A stretch of 64,000 bases of DNA from Acidobacteriota bacterium (lineage in GTDB: Bacteria > Acidobacteriota > Terriglobia > Acidiferrales > UBA7541). How positions within the stretch are numbered: position 1 is the first letter of the stretch; each line of letters starts with the position of its first letter. Shown one piece after another: positions 19,538 to 27,733 of this stretch. A model generated the notes under the pieces. It saw nothing but the letters and a program-made list of their open reading frames with translations, did not search any database and had not been told where the DNA came from. The DNA is taken from the NCBI GenBank assembly GCA_013287135.1, contig JABDEK010000009.1, forward strand, positions 8,462 through 72,461, given 5' to 3'. A program made the position numbers and the translations under genes.

Positions 19538-21070
19538 TTGAGCTATAAGTCCACCGAAATCGAATCGCCCGTTGGAAAGATTTTGAAGGCGCGCGAGCAT
19601 GTGAGCCAGAACGAAGGGCTGATCTTCGAGAAGTCAGCGCCGGGAAAACGCGGGATGGAGCTGCCGCCGCTGGACGTGCCCGTGTTGGACGCTTCCAAAG
19701 CGCTGGGAAAAGAATTCACGCGCGACGCGGTCGAAGGTTTTCCCGAGGTGAGCGAGATTGAGGTGATTCGCCATTTCACGCGGCTTTCGACCTGGAATTA
19801 CGCGATCGATCTCGGCATGTATCCGCTGGGTTCCTGTACTATGAAGTACAACCCGCGTGTAAATGAATTCGTCGCACGACTCGAAGGCCTGGCTACCGAG
19901 CATCCCGAGCAGCCGGCGGAAGTTTCGCAAGGATGCTTGCGTATTCTCTACGATTTGCAGAAATGTCTGCTCTCGATCACCGGAATGGACGCCGCCACGC
20001 TTCAACCTGTCGCCGGCGCGCAAGGTGAACTTACCGGCTTGCTGATGATTCGCGCCTACCTGCAGAGCCAGGGAAACCCGCGCAAGACGGTTTTGATCCC
20101 GGATTCCGCCCACGGCACGAATCCGGCTTCCGTGGTGATCGCGGGCTACGAAGTAAAAAATATCAAGTCGAACGCGCGCGGCCAGATTGATACCGATCAT
20201 CTTCGTGAGTTTTGCACTGACGACGTTGCCGCGCTGATGTTAACGAACCCGAGCACGCTTGGCGTGTTCGAAGAACGCATCGCGGAGATTGCGACTATTC
20301 TCCACGAACGCGGCGCGCTTCTCTATATGGACGGCGCAAACATGAACGCGCTGGCGGGCGTTACGCGCCCCGGCGATTTCGGCGTGGACGTAATGCATCT
20401 GAATCTGCACAAAACATTTTCTACTCCGCATGGAGGCGGCGGGCCGGGCGCCGGTCCCGTGCTGGTGAAGAAAGGTTTAGAGCCGTTTCTGCCTGTGCCG
20501 GTGGTGGTGCAAAAGGAAGATGGCAAGTTCGCGCTGGACCACAGCCGTCCGCAATCCATCGGACGTGTTCGCGCTTATTGCGGAAATTTCGGCGTGCTGC
20601 TGCGCGCGCTTGCATACATTCTGGCCTACGGCCCTGGCATACGGCAGGCAACGGAAGACGCCGTTTTGAATTCAAATTATATTCGGAAGAAGCTGGAGGG
20701 CGTTTTCGATCTGCCTTACAATCTTCCTTCGATGCATGAAGTGGTTTTCAGCGATGCGCGCCAGAAAAAGCATGGCGTAAGCACAATGGACATCGCCAAG
20801 CGCTTGATCGACTACGGCTTTCATCCTTACACCACGGCGTTCCCGCTGATCGTTCCGGGCGCCATGATGATCGAGCCCACAGAATCGGAATCTCGAGAGG
20901 AGTGCGATTTCTTTATCGAAGCGATGCGCTCGATTGCAGCAGAAGCGGAAACGAATCCGGAGCTGGTTAAAACTGCTCCGCATTCCACGCGCATCGGGCG
21001 TCTGGACGAAGTGGCCGCGGCGCGCAAGCCGGTTCTTCGCTGGAAACCGGAGGAAGGAGGTTCACGATGA
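19538..21070 (+). CDS. gcvPB: glycine dehydrogenase (decarboxylating) subunit 2
   Basis: 510 aa with a TTG start. LIFEKSAPGKRG, GSCTMKYNP and the PLP-lysine region HLNLHKTFSTPHGGGGPG. Confidence 0.95.
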   Translation: MSYKSTEIESPVGKILKAREHVSQNEGLIFEKSAPGKRGMELPPLDVPVLDASKALGKEFTRDAVEGFPEVSEIEVIRHFTRLSTWNYAIDLGMYPLGSCTMKYNPRVNEFVARLEGLATEHPEQPAEVSQGCLRILYDLQKCLLSITGMDAATLQPVAGAQGELTGLLMIRAYLQSQGNPRKTVLIPDSAHGTNPASVVIAGYEVKNIKSNARGQIDTDHLREFCTDDVAALMLTNPSTLGVFEERIAEIATILHERGALLYMDGANMNALAGVTRPGDFGVDVMHLNLHKTFSTPHGGGGPGAGPVLVKKGLEPFLPVPVVVQKEDGKFALDHSRPQSIGRVRAYCGNFGVLLRALAYILAYGPGIRQATEDAVLNSNYIRKKLEGVFDLPYNLPSMHEVVFSDARQKKHGVSTMDIAKRLIDYGFHPYTTAFPLIVPGAMMIEPTESESREECDFFIEAMRSIAAEAETNPELVKTAPHSTRIGRLDEVAAARKPVLRWKPEEGGSR

Positions 21071-21579
21071 CGCCGGAACAAGCTGAATTCCTTTTGCCGA
21101 TCTTTGTGGCCACGCTCAGAAAGGAATTCCCGACCACTTTGCGCGTTCTTCAGGCCGTTCCCGCTGACAAAGGGGATTACCGCCCCGCTCCGAATTCGCG
21201 CAGCGCGCTGGAACTTGCCTGGCATCTTGCTTCTGCGGATATTTGGTTTCTCGATGGATTTCTCGCCGGACAATTTGAAATGGAAGACGACACCATGCCC
21301 GCCGACTTCAGCAACGCTTCCGATATCGCTGCTACCTATGAAGAGAGCTTGCCGGCAAAGCTCGACAAAGTGGAAAAGCTTCCGGCTGAATTTTGGGCCA
21401 CCCCACTTCCCTTCTTTGGTATCTACAATTTACCTGCTGTGATGTATCTGCAATTTATGCTCAACCATTCCATACATCATCGAGGGCAGCTTACGGCGTA
21501 CCTGCGTCCGATGGGGGCTAAGGTGCCCAACGTTTATGGCGGCAGCTTCGATGAGCCTATGACGGAGTGCGAAGAGTAG
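21067..21579 (+). CDS. DinB-family (DinB_2-like) four-helix-bundle metalloprotein
   Basis: 170 aa. Its ATG overlaps the gcvPB TGA (ATGA). The C-terminal HSIHHRGQLTAYLR and the N-terminal L...VP.DK.DYRP pattern are typical of the DinB/YfiT superfamily. Confidence 0.8.
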   Translation: MTPEQAEFLLPIFVATLRKEFPTTLRVLQAVPADKGDYRPAPNSRSALELAWHLASADIWFLDGFLAGQFEMEDDTMPADFSNASDIAATYEESLPAKLDKVEKLPAEFWATPLPFFGIYNLPAVMYLQFMLNHSIHHRGQLTAYLRPMGAKVPNVYGGSFDEPMTECEE

Positions 21580-21728
21580 TCGCCGATTTGGCCGCAAGGT
21601 TTGTTTCCCCGCTGCGAATTTCTCAATTGATCTTGTCAAAACGAAGTGATCGATTGTCGCTTAATCGCGAAGTGTGAATGTAGCTTGGTGTAGGGTGCGA
21701 GCGGGCGCGAAGGCGCGCGAACGCGCAG

Positions 21729-21758
21729 AAGCGCTCTGGAGAGATCGAGAGCGCTTTT
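21729..21758. terminator. GC-rich hairpin between convergent genes (terminator candidate)
   Basis: AAGCGCTCT (21729-21737) pairs with AGAGCGCTT (21748-21756) across a 10-nt loop, followed by TT on the plus strand. It lies 8 nt beyond the stop of the minus-strand AAA+ gene and 150 nt beyond the plus-strand DinB gene. No U-tract on the minus strand. Confidence 0.3.
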
Positions 21759-21764
21759 GCGGTA

Positions 21765-23021
21765 TTACTTCTTTTCGTTCTTCGCTTTTTCCACCGGGAT
21801 GCTGCGTCCCGCTGCCGGCGTAGTCCTGTTTTCGATGGTCACGTCCATCGCAGCGGTGGCTGCGGGGAAAACCACCGGGCGGCCGTCAGAACTTGCGGCG
21901 GCGGCTGTGGTGATTTTCTCTTTGGACGGAGTGGTGACCGGAACAAGGGCGCCTTCCGCTTCCTTCAAGAAGGTGAGCCCCAGCTCGCGACCATCCCAAT
22001 CGATGGAGATGACGTCACCGAGAGAAACTTGTTCAGTCGCCAGCAGGCTCGCCAAGGGATAAACCACGTGCCGTTCGATCGCCCGTTTCAAGTGGCGCGC
22101 GCCGTATTTCATGTCGGTGCCTTCGCGGAGTAGAAAATCGCGGGCCGGCATGGTCACGCGGAACAAGAAGCGTCCCTTGGCGGTTTCCAGCACTCTCTGC
22201 TGAACCATACCCAGCTCGATTTCCAGAATTTGTTCGAGCTGCTGAGAACGCAAGGGATGGAACACGATCACTTTGTCGATGCGGTTCATGAATTCCGGCG
22301 CGAACTTTCGTTTGGCAGCGTCCGCGGCGGTCTTTTCAACTTTTTCGTCCAGGCGAACGAGCGTGTCGGCCTTCACTTTAGGAGCGAAGCCCATCCCGCC
22401 AGTCATCAATTCGGTGATTTCGCCGCCGCCAAGATTTGAGGTCATGAAGATCATGGTTTGCGACAAATCCACGCGGCGATTGTCTCCCAGAGTCAAAGTA
22501 GCCTTGTCTAGGATGCCGAGCAGCAATTGCCAGAGCGCATCGCTGGCCTTTTCGATTTCGTCGAATAGCAGGAAGCTAATTTTCAGCTTGTCGGTGTGAT
22601 ATTGGGCGAGCGCCTCCTGCGTGATCAGCGGATGCGTTTCGCGGTGCCCCAAATATCCCGGGGGCGAGCCGATTAACTTTGCAATTTCGTGCGAGTGCTG
22701 GAATTCGGCACAATCCACTTTGATCACGGCGCGTGGATCGCCAAAGAGCACTTCAGCGGTGGCTTCGACTACGCGCGTTTTCCCCGCGCCAGTCGGCCCC
22801 AAAAACAATAAATTCCCTACCGGACGTCCCGGCGAATTCAGACCGGCGCGAAACACCTGGTACAGGTCCACCACAGCTTGTACCGCTTCGTCCTGGCCGA
22901 CGATTTTACGCCGCAGTCCTGATTCAAAATCACGCGACTCCAGACTGCGTTGAGTCGGGTCGAGTTGTCGCGCATGCGCTCCCACGGTATTACTCCCCCT
23001 ACCGGAACTCTCTGCCGCCAT
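21765..23021 (-). CDS. orphan single-ring AAA+ ATPase of the ClpA/ClpB NBD2 (AAA_2 + D2-small) type
   Basis: 418 aa. IVGQDEAVQAVVD, Walker A LFLGPTGAGKT, pore-loop-like PPGYLGH, Walker B LLFDEIEKA, sensor-1 MTSN, FAPEFMNRIDKVIVFHPL, and sensor-2/D2-small GARHLKRAIE. There is no Clp N-domain, NBD1 or middle domain. The ~70-aa low-complexity tail is A/T/P-rich. Confidence 0.85.
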   Translation of the reverse strand: MAAESSGRGSNTVGAHARQLDPTQRSLESRDFESGLRRKIVGQDEAVQAVVDLYQVFRAGLNSPGRPVGNLLFLGPTGAGKTRVVEATAEVLFGDPRAVIKVDCAEFQHSHEIAKLIGSPPGYLGHRETHPLITQEALAQYHTDKLKISFLLFDEIEKASDALWQLLLGILDKATLTLGDNRRVDLSQTMIFMTSNLGGGEITELMTGGMGFAPKVKADTLVRLDEKVEKTAADAAKRKFAPEFMNRIDKVIVFHPLRSQQLEQILEIELGMVQQRVLETAKGRFLFRVTMPARDFLLREGTDMKYGARHLKRAIERHVVYPLASLLATEQVSLGDVISIDWDGRELGLTFLKEAEGALVPVTTPSKEKITTAAAASSDGRPVVFPAATAAMDVTIENRTTPAAGRSIPVEKAKNEKK

Positions 23022-23433
23022 CGGGATTGCGGAATTCAGTGCGCTCGAATTGATCGAGTTTGATATCGAGCGTGGAACGCAGCAATCGCAATTGCGTGAC
23101 CAGTTCCCGGCTTGAATTGGCTCGATCCGCCAGCAGCAACATCGGCGGAGAAAGATCGGCCAGGTCCATGTGAAGGTTTCGTAGTGAATGCATCAAGTTC
23201 TGCACATACGGCGAGCGAATATCAAACAGCTCGATACGGCTGTTTACCTGCTCGCGCAGGCTTGACCAATCGAGATCAAGGAAGGGGTGGTTGCGCGAAA
23301 CCTTTCGCACCACATCGTCCGTGATTCGCGGCCGCTCCCCCAGCCGCGCCAGATGTAACTGCTGAACCTTGCCCTGACGGCGAACGTTGTGCACCAAAAA
23401 GTAGGTGTTGCCTTTGCGTCTTACGAAAGCCAC
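22999..23433 (-). CDS. hypothetical 144-aa protein (basic N-terminal hairpin-like motif plus helical C-terminus)
   Basis: GTG start preceded by AGAGGAGG. MAFVRRKGNTYFLVHNVRRQGKVQQLHLARLGERP is followed by leucine-rich helical segments. Its 3' end overlaps the AAA+ gene start by 23 nt. No family recognised. Confidence 0.6.
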   Translation of the reverse strand: MAFVRRKGNTYFLVHNVRRQGKVQQLHLARLGERPRITDDVVRKVSRNHPFLDLDWSSLREQVNSRIELFDIRSPYVQNLMHSLRNLHMDLADLSPPMLLLADRANSSRELVTQLRLLRSTLDIKLDQFERTEFRNPDGGREFR

Positions 23434-23449
23434 AACACCTCCTCTTTAG

Positions 23450-23483
23450 ATGAAGCGTTCGTAGTGTATGAAGCGTCCACTAC
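23450..23483. repeat. direct plus inverted repeats in the leader/promoter region of the 144-aa gene
   Basis: ATGAAGCGT occurs twice (23450-23458 and 23468-23476; 10/11 identity if extended). GTAGTG (23461-23466) and CACTAC (23478-23483) form an inverted repeat around the second copy. The repeats start 8 nt beyond the SD complement on its 5' (promoter) side. Confidence 0.3.
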
Positions 23484-23675
23484 GCCGTCAATGGTACGAT
23501 GCGGTGGACCCGGAAAATGATGCTAATCAGTTATTAGTCCAGAAGCGTCGCTTTTGCGGGGTGGATACCGTATCAAGGCGCTGGGGCAGGCTGGCGTTAC
23601 GGAAATTTTCAGCGCGCTGCCTTACTTCTTAGATGCCGCAAATCGGCGGAGCGTAGTCTGCGGGGAAAGAACTAA

Positions 23676-24017
23676 ATGTCGTGGGAACCGGTCTATCGCT
23701 TGGTGAAAAAAATTCCGCGCGGGCGCGTAATAACCTATGGCGAGGTGGCCAAGGCGCTGCGCACGCCCGGTGGTGCACGCGCCGTGGGATATGCAATGGC
23801 AGCGACCCCCCCTGGGCGAGGTATCCCGTGGCACCGCGTTCTCGGAGCTGGGGGGCGGATTCGCCTTCGCGAGCCGTATGCCGCGAAGCAGCGCCGTCTG
23901 CTGGAAACCGAAGGCGTCGTGGTTGGCCGCGTGATTGACATGAAAATTTATGGCTGGTCGTTCCGCAGGCCCCAGGTTAAAAAAGCAGCCAAACGCAAGC
24001 GTCGCAAGACCCGATGA
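23676..24017 (+). CDS. alkyltransferase-like (ATL) protein: MGMT DNA-binding domain lacking the acceptor cysteine
   Basis: 113 aa. VYRLVKKIPRGRVITYGEVA...GARAVGYAM...IPWHRVLG. The MGMT active-site PCHRV reads PWHRV (Cys to Trp), as in ATL proteins. The C-terminal tail is Lys/Arg-rich (KKAAKRKRRKTR). Confidence 0.8.
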   Translation: MSWEPVYRLVKKIPRGRVITYGEVAKALRTPGGARAVGYAMAATPPGRGIPWHRVLGAGGRIRLREPYAAKQRRLLETEGVVVGRVIDMKIYGWSFRRPQVKKAAKRKRRKTR

Positions 24018-24079
24018 CTGCGCTTAATTTTCGGGCGGTTGTGATATAGAGGAAGGTTCAAATAGAGGGGAAATATCAA

Positions 24080-25000
24080 GTGACGGAACCTGTCATACAA
24101 GTGGAAGGCCTTTATAAAAACTACGGCACAGTAGCGGCTCTGCGCGGTGTGAGTTTTTCCGTGGAAGAAGGCGAAGTATTCGGGCTCCTCGGGCCCAACG
24201 GCGCGGGAAAGACCACCACTGTTGAGATCCTGGAAGGCATGCGGACGCCGGATAGCGGACTCGCGAGGGTTTGCGGCCTGGATCCCGAAAAAAGCGGCAG
24301 CCAGTTCAAGGAAATGATTGGCGCGGTGCTGCAATCCACTTCCCTGCCTGCCAAAATCCGGGTGAAAGAAGCCATCGATTTATTCGCCAACTTCTACCGC
24401 GTTCATGGCAATACTAACGATCTGCTAAAACGATTTCAGCTGGAAGAGAAGCGCGACGCTTTCTATAGCCAGCTTTCCGGCGGACAGAAACAGCGGCTGG
24501 CGATTGCCATGGCACTGGTGAACAATCCGCAGGTGGTCTTCCTAGATGAGCCGACGGCAGGCTTGGACCCGCAAGTTCGCCGCGAGATTTATGACATTAT
24601 CGAAGAGCTCAAGGGCGGCAAGAAGACCGTCTTGCTGACCACACACTATATCGAGGAAGCCGAACGCCTGTGCGACCGCGTGGCCATCATCGATTACGGC
24701 CGCGTAATTAAGATAGGAACGCCGCGCGAGCTGAAACATGCTTCTGCGGGCACTACGCGCATTGAGGTCCGGCTGGCGAAGCCGGTGGAGAATGGAGTGC
24801 TGGGCCAACTCGATGCGGTGGCCAACGCACGCGAATTCGACGGCACCTATGTGCTGCATTCCACGCGCGCGCCGCACACGATAGTGGCGCTGGTGAAGCA
24901 TCTCGAATCGGACAGCAACGAACTGCAGAGCCTGGAAATGTTTTCGCCGTCGCTTGAAGATGTTTTTATCGAGCTGACCGGCCGAAGGCTGCGTGATTAA
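24080..25000 (+). CDS. ABC transporter ATP-binding protein (ABC-2/DrrA-type)
   Basis: 306 aa with a GTG start. Walker A GLLGPNGAGKTTT, signature LSGGQKQRLAIA, Walker B VVFLDEPTAGLD, and the H-loop TTHYIEE. Confidence 0.92.
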   Translation: MTEPVIQVEGLYKNYGTVAALRGVSFSVEEGEVFGLLGPNGAGKTTTVEILEGMRTPDSGLARVCGLDPEKSGSQFKEMIGAVLQSTSLPAKIRVKEAIDLFANFYRVHGNTNDLLKRFQLEEKRDAFYSQLSGGQKQRLAIAMALVNNPQVVFLDEPTAGLDPQVRREIYDIIEELKGGKKTVLLTTHYIEEAERLCDRVAIIDYGRVIKIGTPRELKHASAGTTRIEVRLAKPVENGVLGQLDAVANAREFDGTYVLHSTRAPHTIVALVKHLESDSNELQSLEMFSPSLEDVFIELTGRRLRD

Positions 25001-25043
25001 AGTCTGTGGTTTAGCAAAATGAGTTCGAATTAAAAGGACGAAC

Positions 25044-25952
25044 ATGGCATCGAACGTAATCCGCAATACCTGGATACTCACAAAAATTCGCGTGCGCCTC
25101 GCCATGCGCAACCGAACGTTTCTTTTTTTCAGCTTGATCATGCCGCTCGGCTTTCTATTCTTCTTTGTGACGATCTTCAGCAAGGGCGATTCGGCATGGA
25201 CTGCCTATATTCTGGGTTCGATCCTGACCATGACAGTGATGGGCAGCTTCTGGGGACTGAGCGTGCAGCTCGTCATGTTTCGCGAAGCCGGCATTCTTCG
25301 ACGGTTTCGTTTGGCGCCACTGGGCGCAGGACCGATGCTGGCATCCAGCATTCTTTCGAACTACATTCTCGTGCTTCCGTCCGTAGCCATCGAAATTCTT
25401 GTTACTAAGTTCGCTCTGCACATGCAAGGTTGGGGAAATCTGTGGGCCATTTTTCTACTGATCAGCATAGGGTCGGCCACCTTCTCAGCGTTCGGGCTTA
25501 TCGTTGCCAGTGTGACCAACACCATGCAGGAAACGCAGGTCATCAACCAGGTGATCTGGACTGCTTTCCTGTTTCTTTCAGGCGCGACCGTTCCGCTGGC
25601 AAGATTTCCGCATTGGATTCAAGGCGCTTCGCTGTTCATGCCGGCCACTTATCTGGCCACCGGACTTGAAAACGCGGCCACGAACCTGGCCACCCACTCT
25701 GAAATCATTACCGACTTGATCGCTCTGGGGATCGGACTTCTCGTGGCTTTCGAAATTTCGCGGCGCCTGTTTCGTTGGGAGCCGGAAGCAAAGCTTCCCG
25801 GAAGCGCAAAACTGTGGGTGCTTGCGGTCATGATTCCTTTCATCGCCTTTGGAGTGTATGAAAACGTGAAAGGCGACCGGCTGGCTCTGGTTCGCCAGGA
25901 TTTTCAAATGCTGAACAGCACGAGTATGGCGACGCCGCCGAAATCTCATTGA
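25044..25952 (+). CDS. ABC-2 type transporter permease
   Basis: 302 aa with six predicted TM segments, directly downstream of the ABC-2-type ATPase. Confidence 0.8.
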   Translation: MASNVIRNTWILTKIRVRLAMRNRTFLFFSLIMPLGFLFFFVTIFSKGDSAWTAYILGSILTMTVMGSFWGLSVQLVMFREAGILRRFRLAPLGAGPMLASSILSNYILVLPSVAIEILVTKFALHMQGWGNLWAIFLLISIGSATFSAFGLIVASVTNTMQETQVINQVIWTAFLFLSGATVPLARFPHWIQGASLFMPATYLATGLENAATNLATHSEIITDLIALGIGLLVAFEISRRLFRWEPEAKLPGSAKLWVLAVMIPFIAFGVYENVKGDRLALVRQDFQMLNSTSMATPPKSH

Positions 25953-26060
25953 ATTCTAGGAGCCAGGCGCATACGGCGTCGCAACAGTTCGAATCGGCAT
26001 CGACAAGACCAAGCCGGCATCCAATAATTGACAAAATCTTAGACCTCACCGGAGGAATTT

Positions 26061-26492
26061 ATGGAACGCAGCGCCACAGCGGTTTGGAACGGAGGATTAA
26101 AAGACGGCAAAGGAGCGATCTCTACTCCCAGCGGTGTGCTCTCCGACGCACCTTATTCCTTCCTCACGCGCTTCGAGAACGCGAAAGGAACGAACCCGGA
26201 GGAATTGATTGGCGCGGCTCACGCAGCCTGTTTCGCCATGGCGCTCTCTGCGCAGCTTGGCACCATGAATTTTACGCCAGAAAAGATTCGCGCCATCGCG
26301 AATGTGACGCTCGAAAAACTCGACGCCGGTTGGACCATCTCGAAAATCCATCTGGACGTAGCCGCGCGCATCCCCGGTATTTCTGAAGCGGCGTTCGAAT
26401 CCGCGGCTTCCAGCGCGAAAGCGAATTGTCCCGTCTCCCGCCTGTTGAAAGCTGAAATCACGTTGAATGCAGCGTTGGAGAAAGCCGCATGA
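26061..26492 (+). CDS. osmC: OsmC family peroxiredoxin
   Basis: 143 aa. AVWNGGLKDGKGAIST...GTNPEELIGAAHAACFAMALS...AKANCPVS, with the two conserved cysteines in the typical OsmC context. Confidence 0.9.
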   Translation: MERSATAVWNGGLKDGKGAISTPSGVLSDAPYSFLTRFENAKGTNPEELIGAAHAACFAMALSAQLGTMNFTPEKIRAIANVTLEKLDAGWTISKIHLDVAARIPGISEAAFESAASSAKANCPVSRLLKAEITLNAALEKAA

Positions 26493-27619
26493 TTCTTCCG
26501 GCCATCGCCGGCTTCCTGATCATCGCAGGGATCCTGCTGGAAGCGTTTGAAACGATCGTTCTTCCGCGCAGAGTGACGCGCCGTTTCCGCCTGACCAGAC
26601 TCTACTACCGTGTTCTCTGGATTCCCTGGCGCAAACTTGCCCATGCGGTGAAATCACCCAAAAGACGTGAAGGATTTCTGAGTTATTTCGGTCCGCTCTC
26701 GTTGCTGGGCTTATTCGCGCTATGGGCGGCGATGTTAATCCTGGGCTTCGGTCTTTTGTATTTCAGCGACGCTCGCATAGATCAAACGCATCCGACTTTG
26801 GAGACGTGCTTCTATCTAAGCGGCACAACTTTTTTTACCTTGGGCCTTGGCGACGTTACTCCGCACACTTCCCTGGAGCGAGTGCTGGCAGTATTCGAAA
26901 GCGGACTGGGCTTCGGCTTTCTGGCGCTGGTACTCAGCTACTTGCCGGTCATCTATCAAGCATTTTCGCGCAGAGAAGTCGCCATCGTGCTGCTCGACGC
27001 GCGCGCGGGCTCGCCGCCTACCGCCGCCGAACTTCTGCGACGTCACGAGGGTGTTCACGGGCTACAAGCTTTGGAAAGGCTTCTGCGCGACTGGGAGCGC
27101 TGGGCCGCGGAACTGCTGGAGAGTCACGTTTCCTACCCGGTTCTTACCTACTTTCGTTCGCAGCACAATAATGAATCATGGCTCTCGGCGCTCACCGCGA
27201 TCCTGGATACTTCCGCTTTGATTATCGCGGACGCCGACGGAACATGCGTGCGGCAAGCCCGGCTTACGTTTGCTATCTGCCGCCATGCAGTCGTTGATTT
27301 GGCGCAAGTGTTTCACGCGGCTCCCCTGGGCCACAATGCAAACCGCTTGCCTGCTTCCGAACTTCTTCGGCTCCGTGGGGTTGTCGCCGAATCGGGCCTG
27401 AGGCTTCACGACACGCCGGAATCAAACGAGAAACTTAACAAGCTACGTGGGATGTATGAGCCCTACGTTCAGGCTCTGTCCCAATTTTTGTATATAGATC
27501 TCCCTCCTTGGATCCTGGCCAAAGGGAGCGCGGACAATTGGAAGACGAGCGCCTGGGGCCGCATCTCCGGGTTTACGGCTCAGACACAAGTGGAAAGGGC
27601 ACAGGACGACCACTCCTAG
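26489..27619 (+). CDS. two-TM potassium-channel-like protein (Ion_trans_2 pore) with a ~200-aa C-terminal domain of unknown function
   Basis: 376 aa. Its ATG overlaps the osmC TGA (ATGA). Pore helix and filter FYLSGTTFFTLGLGDVTP (a T-x-G-L-G-D variant of TVGYGD), flanked by TM helices. No RCK/TrkA motif seen in the tail. Confidence 0.75.
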   Translation: MILPAIAGFLIIAGILLEAFETIVLPRRVTRRFRLTRLYYRVLWIPWRKLAHAVKSPKRREGFLSYFGPLSLLGLFALWAAMLILGFGLLYFSDARIDQTHPTLETCFYLSGTTFFTLGLGDVTPHTSLERVLAVFESGLGFGFLALVLSYLPVIYQAFSRREVAIVLLDARAGSPPTAAELLRRHEGVHGLQALERLLRDWERWAAELLESHVSYPVLTYFRSQHNNESWLSALTAILDTSALIIADADGTCVRQARLTFAICRHAVVDLAQVFHAAPLGHNANRLPASELLRLRGVVAESGLRLHDTPESNEKLNKLRGMYEPYVQALSQFLYIDLPPWILAKGSADNWKTSAWGRISGFTAQTQVERAQDDHS

Positions 27620-27733
27620 TAGACCTCCGGCTGCGTAAATCCCCAACTTGCTGCTAACAAGGATGAGCCGGCGCTCGTCCATATACGTCATGTAGTAACT
27701 GCGCCCGCAGATTCGCCCGGGTTTGGAGGGACT

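Noticed and set aside
24542-25183. 213-aa ORF antisense to the ABC ATPase/permease junction
   Set aside because: It is a shadow ORF opposite genes with canonical Walker and signature motifs.
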